From Eledone cirrhosa (taxonomy: Eukaryota): 64,000 nucleotides of DNA. The notes under the pieces were generated by a model. It was not told the DNA's origin, made no database searches, and was given only the letters and a program-made list of their open reading frames with translations. Numbering within the stretch: position 1 is the first letter of the stretch; each line of letters opens with the position of its first letter. The stretch is taken from contig OZ024757.1 in NCBI GenBank assembly GCA_964016885.1, positions 32,922,001 through 32,986,000 on the forward strand. The letters run 5' to 3'. The position numbers and the translations under genes were made by a program. Of the stretch, positions 32,965 through 46,200 are shown one piece after another.

Positions 32965-35900
32965 TAATGAAATTATTGTGTACAGTGCTCAGGTGCACTA
33001 CAACTCATCAAAGGTGCATGTATAGTACATAGAATAATGTACAAATGTCAGGAAAATGAACAGTGTATGAGTCATGATACAATAATAATAACAATAATGA
33101 AATATTGTGTACAGTGCCCAGGTGCACCACAACTCATCAAAAAAGTGCATGTACAGTACATAGGTCAATGCACAAACATCAGTAAAATGAACAGTGCACG
33201 AGTCATGATACACACGTGTGCATGTGCATGGAAGGGGTACATCAGGTGTAGTTTTGGCGTATTTCGGGAAGCATGAGTGTCTTAAAGGATACAGTGTTTT
33301 AAAGGATGCAGTGTCTCGGCAGCTAACAATTGACGCAGGCAGTTTGTTCCATGCTTCAGCAACTCTGAGCGTGAAAAAATGTCTACGAAAGTCATGGGAG
33401 CTGTGCTGTTTTCTGATCTTGTAGGCATGTCCACGTGTGTTAGACACATGGAGATCAAAGAGGCGCTCAGGGTTGCAATTGGCGAGATGGTTAAAAACTG
33501 TATACAGTTTTAAATAGATGGCTGGAGAGCGGCTAACAAAGGTCTTGCTGAGTGATGCCAAGACACCCGCGGCCTTCTTGACCATCTTAGAGACATGCTT
33601 TGTCCAACACAAATCGTTGCCGACAGTAATGCCCAGGTCACGTTCACAAGAGGACTTTTTGATATCAGTGTTGTGGAGGGAGTATGTGGACGCTGGATTT
33701 TTCCTTCCAAAATGCATGGTGGTACACTTGTCCACAGCCAGCTTCAGTTGCCAGTCTGTGATCCATTGCTGCATTGTGTCCAGGTCTGATTGTAGGAAAG
33801 AGTTGTAAATTTCAGGATCTGTCCTTTTGATTTCAAGGTACAGCTTGATGTTATCTGCATATTTTAGTACCGTGGCATTCTGTAAGTTGGCATCTATGTC
33901 ATTAATATATGCCACAAACAAAAGAGGACCAAGAACAGATCCCTGTGGTACACCAGATGACATCTCATATGGTGAAGAATGCTGTCCTAGAACCGTGACT
34001 ACTTCTTTTTGGCTGAGAATGAAGGATTTCAACCAGTCGAAAAGATCATCCCTCACACCCATTGCAGAGAGTTTTGCCATAAGTCTTTTGTGTGGCACAG
34101 AATTAAAAGCCTTAGCAAAGTCAAGGTAAACAACATCCACCCATGAGCCGCTGTCAGTGATCCGGGTGATGTCCTCAAGGAACTCGATAAGCTGATCACA
34201 GCAGCTGGAGTTAGGGATAAATCCAAACTGTGAGAGCTCCAGAAGTTCCAAAGTGTTTCTCTGACACAGGATTCCATCAGTTTGGCCATACAGCTAGTAA
34301 GACTGACTGGACGATAGTTGACAGGTGACATGCGGTTGCCCTTTTTGAACAGGGGAATGACACTGGCAGTTTTCCATTGCTCCGGAGTAGCACCATTGTT
34401 GAGACAGTATTGAAAGAAGAAAGAAAGCTGGCGCAAAAGGAAATACCCGCCACGTTTGAGAAGCAGGTATGTCACACCATCAAGACCAGGGGAGGCATAG
34501 TTGTGCTTATTCTTAAGGTGACGTCGCAACATTGCATGTGTAAATTCCATAGTTGTTATGGAATTTGATGTTAGAGATAGTGGAGATGGTACATTCTGGT
34601 TTTCAACAGTAAAAATACTTGCATAGCACTCAGCAATGAGTTCTGCGCATTCCTTGGGATCATCAGTGATCTGGCTTGTGTGGGGATTGCGAAGAGGACC
34701 AACTGGAGAGTGAGGTCTCTGCTTTGAATGAACATATTTCCAGAACACCTTACTGTCAGGATTGGTTGCGATGCACTGTTCAAATTCAAGCACTGCCTTC
34801 TTTGTCACTTGCTTGAGATGGTTAGAAGATTTATTCCGCTTTTTTCTGTTGGCATCTGATTTATGCAGTTTATATTCCCGTTCAGACGTTCTTTCCTGGC
34901 AAGTCGGACCGCTGAAGTTTCCCAGATTGCACTTTTGGGGTGGTCATTTTTCCGCTTCCGTGGCACTGATGCTGCACACACTATCCATATTGAGTCCAGG
35001 ATGCTCTGGAGTATAGAGTTCACATCTCCAGAGTTATACATCTCATGCCAGTTTGGGCGCTGTAGCTCAGTGCAGTACAAGTTCCAATCCGCCCTCTTCC
35101 AATCAAAGCAAGCAGATTGGAGATGGCTCTGGTTTTTGTTGCTGCCCTCAAGTGCCAGATTGGCAATGATCATAGCATGATCAGAGTCACCTAGAGGTTC
35201 CTCAGTAGTACAACTGATAACCACTTCAGGAGTAGTGGTGAAGGTCAGGTCCAAAGTGTTGTCACCTCTTGTTGGAGAGGTGACTACTTGTGACCAGTTT
35301 GAGTCCAGCACTAGTTCAAGGAAATCGTTTGCACCTTGTGGCCAACGAAAGGTTTCCCAACCGATCTCAGGATGATTGAAGTCACCTGCAATAAACACAT
35401 AAGTGGCTGTTTTCTTGGCAGCAACTCTGAGGATATCGCAAAGCTGTGTGTCCTGATGGTAGTTTGGGGGGCGATAAACAACACCAAGCAGAAGTGTTGA
35501 CATGGTCATACGTATGTCACAGAAAAAAACTTCTTCCTGTGATTCGTTCAAATCAACGCAAGGAATTACCGAAAAGTTTGAACGAACGTAAACCATCACA
35601 CCACCACCACGGCGGTTAATGCGGTCCTTGCGGAAAAGGTTGTACCCAGTAATGCTGAAAACCCCATCACAGAGTAAGGAATGTGCCCATGCTTCCGTGA
35701 CTGTGATGAAGTCAGGGTCGATGCTTCTGACGTAGGATTCGAACAGATGTATCTTGTTGCATAAACTGCGAGCATTTAAGGACAACAATTTGTATCCTGC
35801 TCGCAGTTTATGATCGTGTGTAGAGGGTGGCAGGTTGTTCTGGTTTAGTTTCCCAGAGTTGTAGCAGTTTTTACATTGCCAGTTATTGTGGGTAGATCAC

Positions 35901-36280
35901 ACTCAGACCAGCTGGTATCTCTCTTCCACGTTTCACCAGCCTTGACAAACCTCCAGATCTGCCCATCATCACGCAGACTAAAACTTTCATCTTGTGCCGA
36001 GTTCCGATTCAAGGAAGCTGCAGCACGTAGCTTTGGACGTACATGGGGTGGTAGGCCTGGGCGTGTTCGGAAGGTAATCCGATTTTCACGCCCAGCTTTA
36101 GCAGAGGCCAGATGATATGAAGTTGCCTCTGCGGGGTCCGAAAAAGACAGCCTGATGAGTCTGGGTTTTGGACCAGGTCGACCAAGGCGGAGAGCACCCT
36201 TTGGGGGAACACAGCCTAGGTCTTTGGCTGAGCTGGCAGCTAATGCCTGAAGATCAGCCTTGTCCTCTGGTACCCCAATA
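32965..36280 (-). mobile_element. Near full-length degenerate CR1-clade LINE (ORF1 C-terminus, APE endonuclease, RT)
   Basis: ORF1 remnant ~36278-35845 (GVPED...RLGRPGPKPRLIRL); APE 35788-34805 (LNARSL, GDFNHP, SDH); RT with frameshifts, YADN, internal deletion and a duplicated 3'UTR. Confidence 0.93.
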
Positions 36281-36286
36281 TCATTA

Positions 36287-36867
36287 TCTATAAAAGGCAG
36301 TGGATTGGCAGAGAGTCGGACGCCATGCTTTCCAGCATAGTTACGTCCCTTTACGATCTGAGTTCAAATCCCGCCGAGGTTGACTTTGCCTTTCATCCTT
36401 ACGAGGTTGATAAAATAAAGTACCAGTAATGCACTAAAGTAGAGTAGAAACAATTATCTATAAAAGGCAGATTTTCGTGTCTGTACATATGTTCACAAAA
36501 CCTGCTAGAAACAGCAGCTAACTCTCCCCCATATCTCACCCCTCCCTACTGTTTTAAATTTAGAAAACACACATTAGACAACCATGCAGAACAACTCCAT
36601 TGCAGCTCTGTTGTTCGTCTGGCATCGTCTACGCGCGTGTTGCGCAAGTACTGTGAAACAATAAATTTCAACACTTCTTTGCACAGAGATAATATCCATA
36701 GGCGAAACTACAATTGTAACTGCTGGCGCAGCTCCTGCTTCGGCAGTCCAGGTCTGCAATTCATTCACCCAATGCCTGGCAGACAAAAAAGTGCTGCCAT
36801 AAAATGGGTGGTGCAACCTAACTTTGGTAACTTATTGACCCCGAGCAACGCCGGGCTTTAATGCTAG
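36287..36867 (+). mobile_element. Non-autonomous Helitron with nested SINE
   Basis: TC start; hairpin cccgagcaacgccggg and CTAG end; SINE 36301-36452 with TSD attatctataaaaggcag. Confidence 0.75.
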
Positions 36868-37334
36868 TATATATATATTCCTGATGATTTCTCCCGAATG
36901 AAACAGTTCTAGTCCTGTAGAAGCCTTTTCTATATTAAATATAAATACATAAATGTATATGTATATATAAATTATATACATATACACACAAATGTAAGTG
37001 TAAATATATATATACACACACACATTTCATTTCTTCTAAACAGTGACTTCAATTATGTATGTGAAGGCTCATAGCTCAGTGGTTAAAGTGTTGGACTTGC
37101 ATTTGAGAGGTGACTTCGATTCTTGGACCAGGTGATGTGTTGTATCCTTGAGCAAGGCACTTTATTTCCCGTTGCTCCAGTTTACTCAGCTGTAGAAATG
37201 AGTTGATGTCATTGGTGCCGAGTTGATCATTGGACATAATAATGAGTGTATATATAATAAATAGTGTATATATATATAGTGTAACATCACTGGTACCAAG
37301 CTGTATCAGCCATTCTTGGACCAGGTGACTATTT

Positions 37335-37710
37335 TTAGACACTTCATCTACATTAAGAAAAACTAATTTACATTCTTAGTTTTTCTTTTTAGACAGTTCA
37401 TCTACATTCTTAGTTTCTTTTCTTAGACACTTCACTTACATTCTTAGTTTCTTTTTAGACAGTTCATCTACATTCTTAGTTTCTTTTCTTAGACACTTCA
37501 CTTACATTCTTGGTTTTGTTTTAGATGCTTCATCTACATTCTTAGTTTCTTTTCTTAAGAATGTAGATGAAGTGACGAAAAGAAACTAAGAATGTAGTTT
37601 TTCTTTTTAGACACTTCATTTACATTCTTAGTTTCTTTTCTTAGACACTTTAAGGAAAGACATTCTTCATTTCTCTCTTTTTAGACACTTCACTTACATT
37701 CTTGGTTTAA
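37335..37710. repeat. ~32-34-bp tandem repeat with internal inversion
   Basis: agacacttcacttacattcttagtttctttt units; 37558-37597 is inverted. Confidence 0.88.
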
Positions 37711-37854
37711 AATTTTAGAATTTACAATGTAGGTGTTTTCTATGATTTATAAGGCTAATAATTCAAACAGACACATTAGAATGGTCACGCCATACATAAT
37801 TATACGACGAAGTCGGAACAGCTACGCGCGTCGCCGCAATTCTACTAAGCAAAT

Positions 37855-38990
37855 TAGTCATTCAGGCGGCAAGAAAGACTGTGGAGGCCTGTAGAGTCGA
37901 GGAGTTTGCCGCTGGCAGATAGTAAGCGGCACCTTGCAAACTGATCTGACTGGACGAAGAGGGAGTCAAAGGTGGCCTTCGAACTTATGCTGTCCCAAGC
38001 TCTCTGACTTCGACTGTCCTCCACCTTCTCAGGAAGAGAGAAGCCCAACTCACTCCATTGCTGGAGAGCTTCACCCAAGCCCATGTTGGAGAGGAGAGGA
38101 TGCTGCTCACCAGGGTGGATGGAGGAAAGGAAGCAGGGTAGAGAGAGGGACAAACACTTATGAAGACCAAGACCCCAAAATCGCTTGGTCAACGCAGCCA
38201 GATCGCGGGACCCCGGAGAGAGTCTAACATTGACCAGACACTCAAGCCTCTCGAAGATTAAGTCATCGAAGCATTGGAGGCAGGACGGAAATCTGTGAGA
38301 GGGGCTGACTCTGAGCAGATACAGAAGCTTAGGAATAGACAGGTAGTTCCTAAGTATGAAGAAACCTTGATGGGGTTCGATATTCCTCAGCAGTTGCTCA
38401 AGGCCAACCATCTTCGATTGGAAGGTTGACTCGAAGGCCAGGTCTGTGATTGGATCCTCTGGACCTGGCCTTATCTATACACTCTTTATTATGTCCAATG
38501 ATACAACTCAGAGCTCACATTTGGAGCTATTGATCTGGAGACCCCGGCGGCCAAGCTCCTCCGCCATCCTGTTGGCAGTGGCGAGAACCATATCCAGAGT
38601 TCCCCCCAAACAGGCGTCGTCGAAGTACCAGACATTGAGGTCCAACTTAACCCCCATCTTGGTGACGTCATCAATGCCCAGTGCGGGCCCGACTGGGTCA
38701 TCCTGTTGGACTCCTGAGGCAGAGGTGATCTGGTCACCAAAAGAGAGGTAGGAGGGCTCCCGATAAGCCTGCCAAGCAAAGTGGTAGAGTTGTGGGACCC
38801 TCTCTCTTACTGAGCCGAGGACGATGTCGTGGCTGACGGAGTTGAAGGCATTCCCGAGGTCAAGTTGGTAAATGCTCTAGCAGCGTGGACAGCAGCCTCA
38901 CATCCCAACCCGGTACCCATCCCCAGCTGGATGAGGGAAAATTCCTCCACCAGTGAGTCGGAGACCAACAGCAAACACGCCTTTGCAGTG
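37855..38990 (-). mobile_element. CRE-clade (RLE-type) non-LTR retrotransposon RT relic
   Basis: QLGMGTGLGCEAAVHAARAF, NAFNSV, GVQQDDPVGP, VWYFDDACLGG, LSIPKLLYLLRVSP; several frameshifts. Confidence 0.8.
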
Positions 38991-40406
38991 ATTGGTACAT
39001 GGACCAACAAATACAAAGAGATATACTAAACAAAAAATAAACACAATAGACCATGTGTAGTTACAGCATGGCCACAGTAAACAACAGACTACATATATTG
39101 TTTCATTTTATTTACTTTTCAATTTTTTTATTGTTTTCTTCCAATGTTTCAACTTTTATCTTTTAATAAATAAATTATCACAAATTTTAGAATACAAATT
39201 GTTTTTTTTTAGATTTAAATAATTAAAAACTATATACACAAACACAGATATATACATACATACACACACACACACATATATATATATAACTTGTCTAAGA
39301 AATATATATGCCAACTCTTACTTGTTTTTTAAGTAAGGTAGAGACATTCACACTTCAAACTGCCTATTGAATGTGAAGAGACAAACAAGTTCACAGACAT
39401 ATATGACTGATCAGCTCTAGGTAAGATCAGTGTCAATTGCGCCTGATGACATAATGATGCTCTATTGATACCTCGTTTCTACTCATTATTACTGGTAGTG
39501 GATTGGCAGTATCGGTAGAGGGCCAGGCGCTATGCTTCGCAGCACAGAGTTACGGCTCTTTAAGGTCTCAGTTCAAGACCCAATCCCGCTGAGGTTAACT
39601 TTGCCTTTCGTCCTTACGGGATCGATAAAATAAAGCACCAGTAATGCACTGAGTAATTGCTGGCCTTGTGCTAAAAGTAGAAACAATCATTATTATTACA
39701 CACACATACATATATATGTCAGCTTTTACTGAGAACTCCAAAAAAGAAACTGATCTCAGGGAAGACCATGGAAATGCTACAAGGTCTCTGTGAAAGAAAA
39801 TCTCAAAATCTGAAAAATCCAGCATGATGTGTGGGAACTTGCAGCTCAGGTCAGATCCATATGGAGGTTTCTTATTTACTCTGGGGTCACAGCAACTTCG
39901 AAGCAGAGTGAACAGAGCAGCAAAAGAGGAAAAGGAGGGAAAAATAGCTGCGACTTCAAATTGGCCCGGCATTTCCTGTTCTCATTGCTCTCAGCTATTC
40001 AAAGTGAAAATTAGTTTAACAAGCCATCTTGCAAACACTCACAACTCCATTATTTTCATCGCTCTTCATTTTATCTTATCTCTGTGGTCATACTGGTAAT
40101 GAAGGAAGAACATTACATTATATATCATCAATGTCTATTTTCCCTGCAAGGGAATATTATAACTGATCAGTCGGTAGTCAAGCAGAACTGCTCATCTTCG
40201 GGCAGGTCAGTAACCTGACATCTATATTTACATATCACTTTTAATGATAAATAAATATCATTCAATTACAACAAAATACCAAGTACACAGACATTCACTC
40301 ACTCTCATAAATATATATTATATTACACTTTTAATGATAAATAAATATCATTTAATTACAATGATAAAGAAAAATAATAATTACAAAATAAAATAGATTA
40401 TATATA

Positions 40407-40412
40407 TTTATT
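40407..40412 (-). promoter_or_regulatory. Candidate ABCB8 polyadenylation signal AATAAA
   Basis: First canonical hexamer I found on the minus strand, ~93 nt past the stop codon. Confidence 0.4.
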
Positions 40413-40504
40413 TTTTTGGGGAGGAAACAAAATCTAAATAAATAATAATTAATTTAAAAGATCACTGAGAATAGACTTGCGATGCGATTTGATGTAAGCT
40501 ATCG

Positions 40505-40609
40505 TCAACCTTTGTAAGGTGGTGGTCTACAATCGCCCGTTACATCTTGGTGCTGTACTAATTCATAGTAGTAACCACGTTGCTCTAAAAGAGTTTTGTG
40601 ATCACCCAT
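40505..40609 (-). CDS. ABCB8: ABCB8 terminal coding exon ([18 protein letters not shown]...PPPYKG*)
   Basis: 105 nt ending in TGA. Confidence 0.9.
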   Translation of the reverse strand: MGDHKTLLEQRGYYYELVQHQDVTGDCRPPPYKG

Positions 40610-43200
40610 CTGCAACAGATATGGAATAAGGAAACATCATTACTAACAAGAATACTATCATTGCCAACAACATTATCATCACCATCACAACCAACAACAA
40701 CAACACTAACATTACCATCACAAACACCACCAACAACACTATCATCACCATCCCAAACACCACAACATCACCATCACAAGCACTGCCAGAAACACGACTA
40801 CCATCATAACTACTGCTAAAAACACCAACAGTAAGAATAACAGTGGCAATTTACAACAGTTGAAACAACTACAACATGAAATCCACCAACAATGGCAAGA
40901 ACAATATCAACTACAACACCAGAAAATTAACCAACTACAACACCCCCACAAAATCTATCTCCAATAACAACAAAACCACCACAAAATTAACCTCCAACAA
41001 CAAAATTAATCTCCAACAACACCATAAAATTAACCTCCAGCATCAACACAAAATTCACTTCCAACAACTACAACAAACAGTCGTTTGCTTACCTCAACAA
41101 TCTTTCCTCTTGCAACCACTGCAATAATATCTGCATCTTTAATGGTGCTCAGACGATGAGCAATTACTATTACTGTACGACCTGGAATGAAGAAGAAAAC
41201 AAAAAAAAAATCAGAAAACCACACACATCATCATTTTAACATCCACTTTCCCTTGCTAGCAAGCCAAAATCAGCCTTTATGAGCAAGACATCATCATTTG
41301 ACCTGGCTTACCTCAATGGACAACTCATCTAACCCATGCTAGGCTGGAAAAATGGACATTAAATGGTGATGAGATATCTATATATATATATCATCACCAT
41401 TTAACGTCTATTTTATATATATATAATTATATAAACCGAGAAGTTAGTAGCTTCACTCGCTGGTTGACTCTGTCTGTGAAGACCTATCAAAACATTGTAC
41501 ATTGACATTAAAGTGGTATCAGGACTCACCTTTTGATACCTTTTCTAAAGCATCTTGGACAAGTTGTTCTGATTCTGCATCCAGGGCACTGATAAAGAAA
41601 GCAAAACATATTTTTAATGAAGAAAAATAATCCTTAAAGATCATCCTCATCAACATCATTTAATGTCCATTCTCTCCATTAGCAAGGGTTGGATAGGTCC
41701 TCACAGACCTGTCAGGGGTACTACTTACATATGTTCCAGCACTCTATCGAGTGTTAAGACAAACTAAGGATGTAAATTTTACATATGTTCCCACACTACC
41801 AAATGCTCAAATGGACGTGGGTCAACACATCCCTCATATGTTCCTGTGCTTTGCTGAGTGTTCAGACAAGCAGTGGGCCTGCATATCATGTACATACAAC
41901 CCCACGCACTAACAAGTGCTCAGATGGTCCAGGAGCTTCCATCTCATTTACATATATTACTGCACCCTACCAAGTGCTTTCTATTGTGGCATCAGAACTA
42001 GGGAGGTTGTGATGGCTTTGACACAGCTGAAGTATCCTCTTGACTCTTTTTTTAGCAGGTTTTCTATGGCTTCATGACCTTTCTATACAATTAACCTTTT
42101 AGCATTTAAACTGGCCAGAATTCTCTCACCTCTTTCTGTTCAAACTGGCTGTAACTTGCTACTCATACTGATATTAAAGTATTGTTCTCAAAATAAATAA
42201 CATCAAAATCTCGATTTGATATTATGTTAGATAAAGCCTTTACTGTGAAAATATAATAGTTAATATAGAGTGTTGTAAATGCTAAAGAGTTAAACATATG
42301 ATAAACACACTATCACAAACATATACCCTTGATACATATGCATACACACAACCAAGCACCTACCACATACATACATCCTCCTCACACCACACCAACACCT
42401 CTGACACATACACCCAAGCATGCACCATGCACACACACGTATACATCCCCCTCACCACACATATACTTCTGGTACATACACATACACACAAGCACACACA
42501 CACAAGCATACATCCCCTCACATATACACACACACAAATAAAAGAAATGATAAACAACAATAAGAACAAACATTACCTGGTTGCTTCATCTAAAATCAAA
42601 ATTTTAGGGTTCTTAATCAGGGCCCTAGCAATGGCTATTCGCTGTTTCTGGCCCCCAGAGAGTGTTACCCCTCGTTCACCAACCACCGTGTTGTAACCAT
42701 CAGCAAATGTACATATAAAGTTGTGTGCATTGGCGATTTTGGCAGCCTCGCAGACCTAGAAGGAGAAGTTTTCTGTCATGAATAAACAGTATCAGAAATT
42801 TATTTTTTTTAAATCATTAATAAACAATAAGAACAGCAGCAGCCACAACGCAAACATATATGGAGATGTAGTGGGATAGCAGGCAGGCTAACAGGTAGGG
42901 AAAACTACACATGCAGTAGATGTTCAGGGAAATTTGATAGTAGATGTCACAATGATAGACACATTTTTCAAAAGCAGGTAGTTTATGACGGTACTGGCTC
43001 AGAGGGTCAGATGCCCCAGTGAGAGAATATGCTCCGAAATCATTAGGCGTGTCCGTCGAACCTGCGGGTCCAGAATCAGACAGATCCACACAATGATCAC
43101 GTCTCGAGCTGTCTGCCAGGGAAACAATTGTAACACACAATAAATTGAGTTCAGATGCATCACAGATTTTTCGTTTCCTATTCTATATGTATATATATAG

Positions 43201-43278
<78 letters not shown>

Positions 43279-46200
43279 GCATGTGTGTGTGTTTCTGCTT
43301 TGCATTTGACACCATCATGTGGTGATGTTTGTTTCTATCTTTCAAACAATATTCCCTACAGCACAATGGTTCAATATGCAAACATCTGTGCAATTGTAAA
43401 TTGCACCTTTAACTTTTATGTTTGAAAAGTGGTATATTGAGAGTGAGAAGAAATATATTTACCTGTTCATCGGTAGCCTGAGGGAAGCCATAACGAATAT
43501 TCTCTATGATAGAAGTGGCAAACAACACAGGCTCCTGCAACATTTCAACAATAGTTTATTACTTTACTACATGTATTAGTTATCATCATCACTGTTTAAC
43601 CTTTTAGCATTTACTTTATATATATTATTGTATTTTCACGGTAAACTCTCTACCTCACATAATATCAAATCTATGAGATTTTGATTTTATTTATTTTGAA
43701 AACAATACCTTAACATAAGTATGAACGGCCAGTTACAATCGGTTTGAACGGAAGGAGGCTGAATTTCGAGTTGAGAGAAATTTTCAGTATGATTTATCAA
43801 CATGTGTATTAAGTGCTGTGAATTTCAAGCCTAGATCAATTTTTGGTAGATAAGTTGCATGCATAATTTTTTTTGTAAACAACTACCCACCAACACACCT
43901 CCAAAAACTAGCATTTATCAACAAGTCTTTGTGATTAAGTGCTGCCAATTTCAAGCCTAGAGCAAGTTTTGGTAGATAAATTACATACATTATTTTCTTG
44001 TAGCCTAAATTCACCCAACAACCCCTAAGTAAAACTTATTAACAAGCGTATATGTGTCTAAGTAATATGGATTTTGAGCGAAGAGCAAGGTTGAGTAAAT
44101 AAGTTACATACATTTTTTTTCCTTGCAATCCAAGATTACCCAAAATAAAACTTATTAACAAGTGTATATGTATCAAAGTACTATGGATTTTGAGCATAGA
44201 GCAAGGTTGAGTAGATAAGTTGCATATATTTTTTTTCTTGTAAAAAAACCACCTAAAACTACAATTTATCAACAAGTGTATATGCTAATAAAACATACCT
44301 GGTTTATGATTCCCAAAATGTTTCCCCTCAAATGATCTGAGCAGAACTTCTTGATATTGTGGCCATCAATTTTAATCTCTCCTCTATCTACATCATATAA
44401 TCTTCCTAACAACGCAGCAATTGTTGACTTGCCTGTGTATGGAGAAAGGGAGGTTAACAACTTAGCATGGTGATGACATAAAGATGATGTCAATGATGAT
44501 GACAATGGTAAAAGAAGTAAAAGTGGAAGAAAGGGGAGAAATAAATATAAATCAATGTTTAAAAATTGACCTTGCTCACCTACACCTCCATAAGACAATG
44601 ACACGGGATCGAGATCTTTGGCGCCATGCAGTTATACAGAAGACCCAACTGCCATTGCATACAAACCTACAGTCAGTAGGCACCTCTTAACCCAATGTAC
44701 ACCCCCCACCCCTTCCCGTTCCGTCCACTGTGTCGATGACACAACAGTCCACATGGAAGGTGGCCATGTAGGAGACACGGTGAAAAGGCTCCCATTCCAC
44801 ACCGTAAATGTGGTTGGTGTTAGGAAGGGCATCCAGCTGTAAAAAACCTGCCAGAGACACTTCCGTACGAGCGAGACACAGTTTCCCGACCACTCCCACA
44901 TCAAATGGAACAAAACCGTCCAACGCATGCTAGGGTGGAAGATGGACGTTAATCGATGATGATGATGTGTAGGACTCACCACTTCCTGACTGGCCAACAA
45001 TTGCCAGCACTTTGCCATTGGGAATATTCAGAGACAAGTTTGTAATTACAGCCTGTGAAAAGAAAAAGGAAGAAAATATTTAATTTACTAGTGGACCAGT
45101 GCCATCAAATCTCATAGATTTGATATTATGTGAGGTTAAAGCCTTTACCATGAAAATACAATAGTAAATATAGAGTAATACAAATGCTAAAGGGTTAAGG
45201 AAGAAAGGTAAAGCTAACCTTGGTGGGATTTGAATTCAGAATGTAAAGGGTCGTAACTCTATGCTGTAAAGCATAGTGTCCAATGCTTTACCGATTCTAC
45301 TGCAAATGCACCGTCCTAGTGCCATCAATAGGGTTGCTACAGCTGGATACCCTTCTTAACCCTTTAGCATTCACATTACTCTATATATACTATAATATTT
45401 TCACAGTAAAGGCTTTACCATACATAATATCTCACATAACATTCACATTACTCTATATATACTATAATATTTTCACAGTAAAGGCTTTACCATACATAAT
45501 ATCTCACATAACATTCACATTACTCTATATATACTATAATATTTTCACAGTAAAGGCTTTACCTTACATAATATCTCGCATAACATTCACATTACTCTAT
45601 ATATACTATTATATTTTCACAGTAAAGGCTTTACCTTACATAACATTCACATTACTCTATATATACTATTATATTTTCACAGTAAAGGCTTTACCTCACA
45701 TAACATTCACATTACTCTATATATACTATTATATTTTCACAGTAAAGGCTTTACCTCACATAACATTCACATTACTCTATATATACTATTATATTTTCAT
45801 GGTAAAGGCTTTCTTTACCTTACATAATATCGAATCTATGAGATTTCGAAAGTATTTTTTGGAGAACAATACCTTAACATCAGTTTGAGCAACCAGTTAC
45901 AGCCAGTTTCAACAGAAAGAGGTAGAGAATTCTGGCCGGTTTGAACATTAAAGGGTTAAAGCCAACCATTTTACAGAGTGTAGTAGGTGCATTTTATCAT
46001 GGCACCAGCACTAGGGGTTTGTTATGTCAGACACAAATGAAAAATCCTTTCTAGCCATACAATCTGGTGGTTATTGACCTTTGGCCCATAGTGTAGCCTC
46101 ATCAATTTCAACATGGTCAAAAGTTTCCAGCTGTAATCATCTCAGTCATTTGCAAAAAAAAAGGGGCGTAGAAAGAGGGAGGAGGTATAGGGAGATGAGG

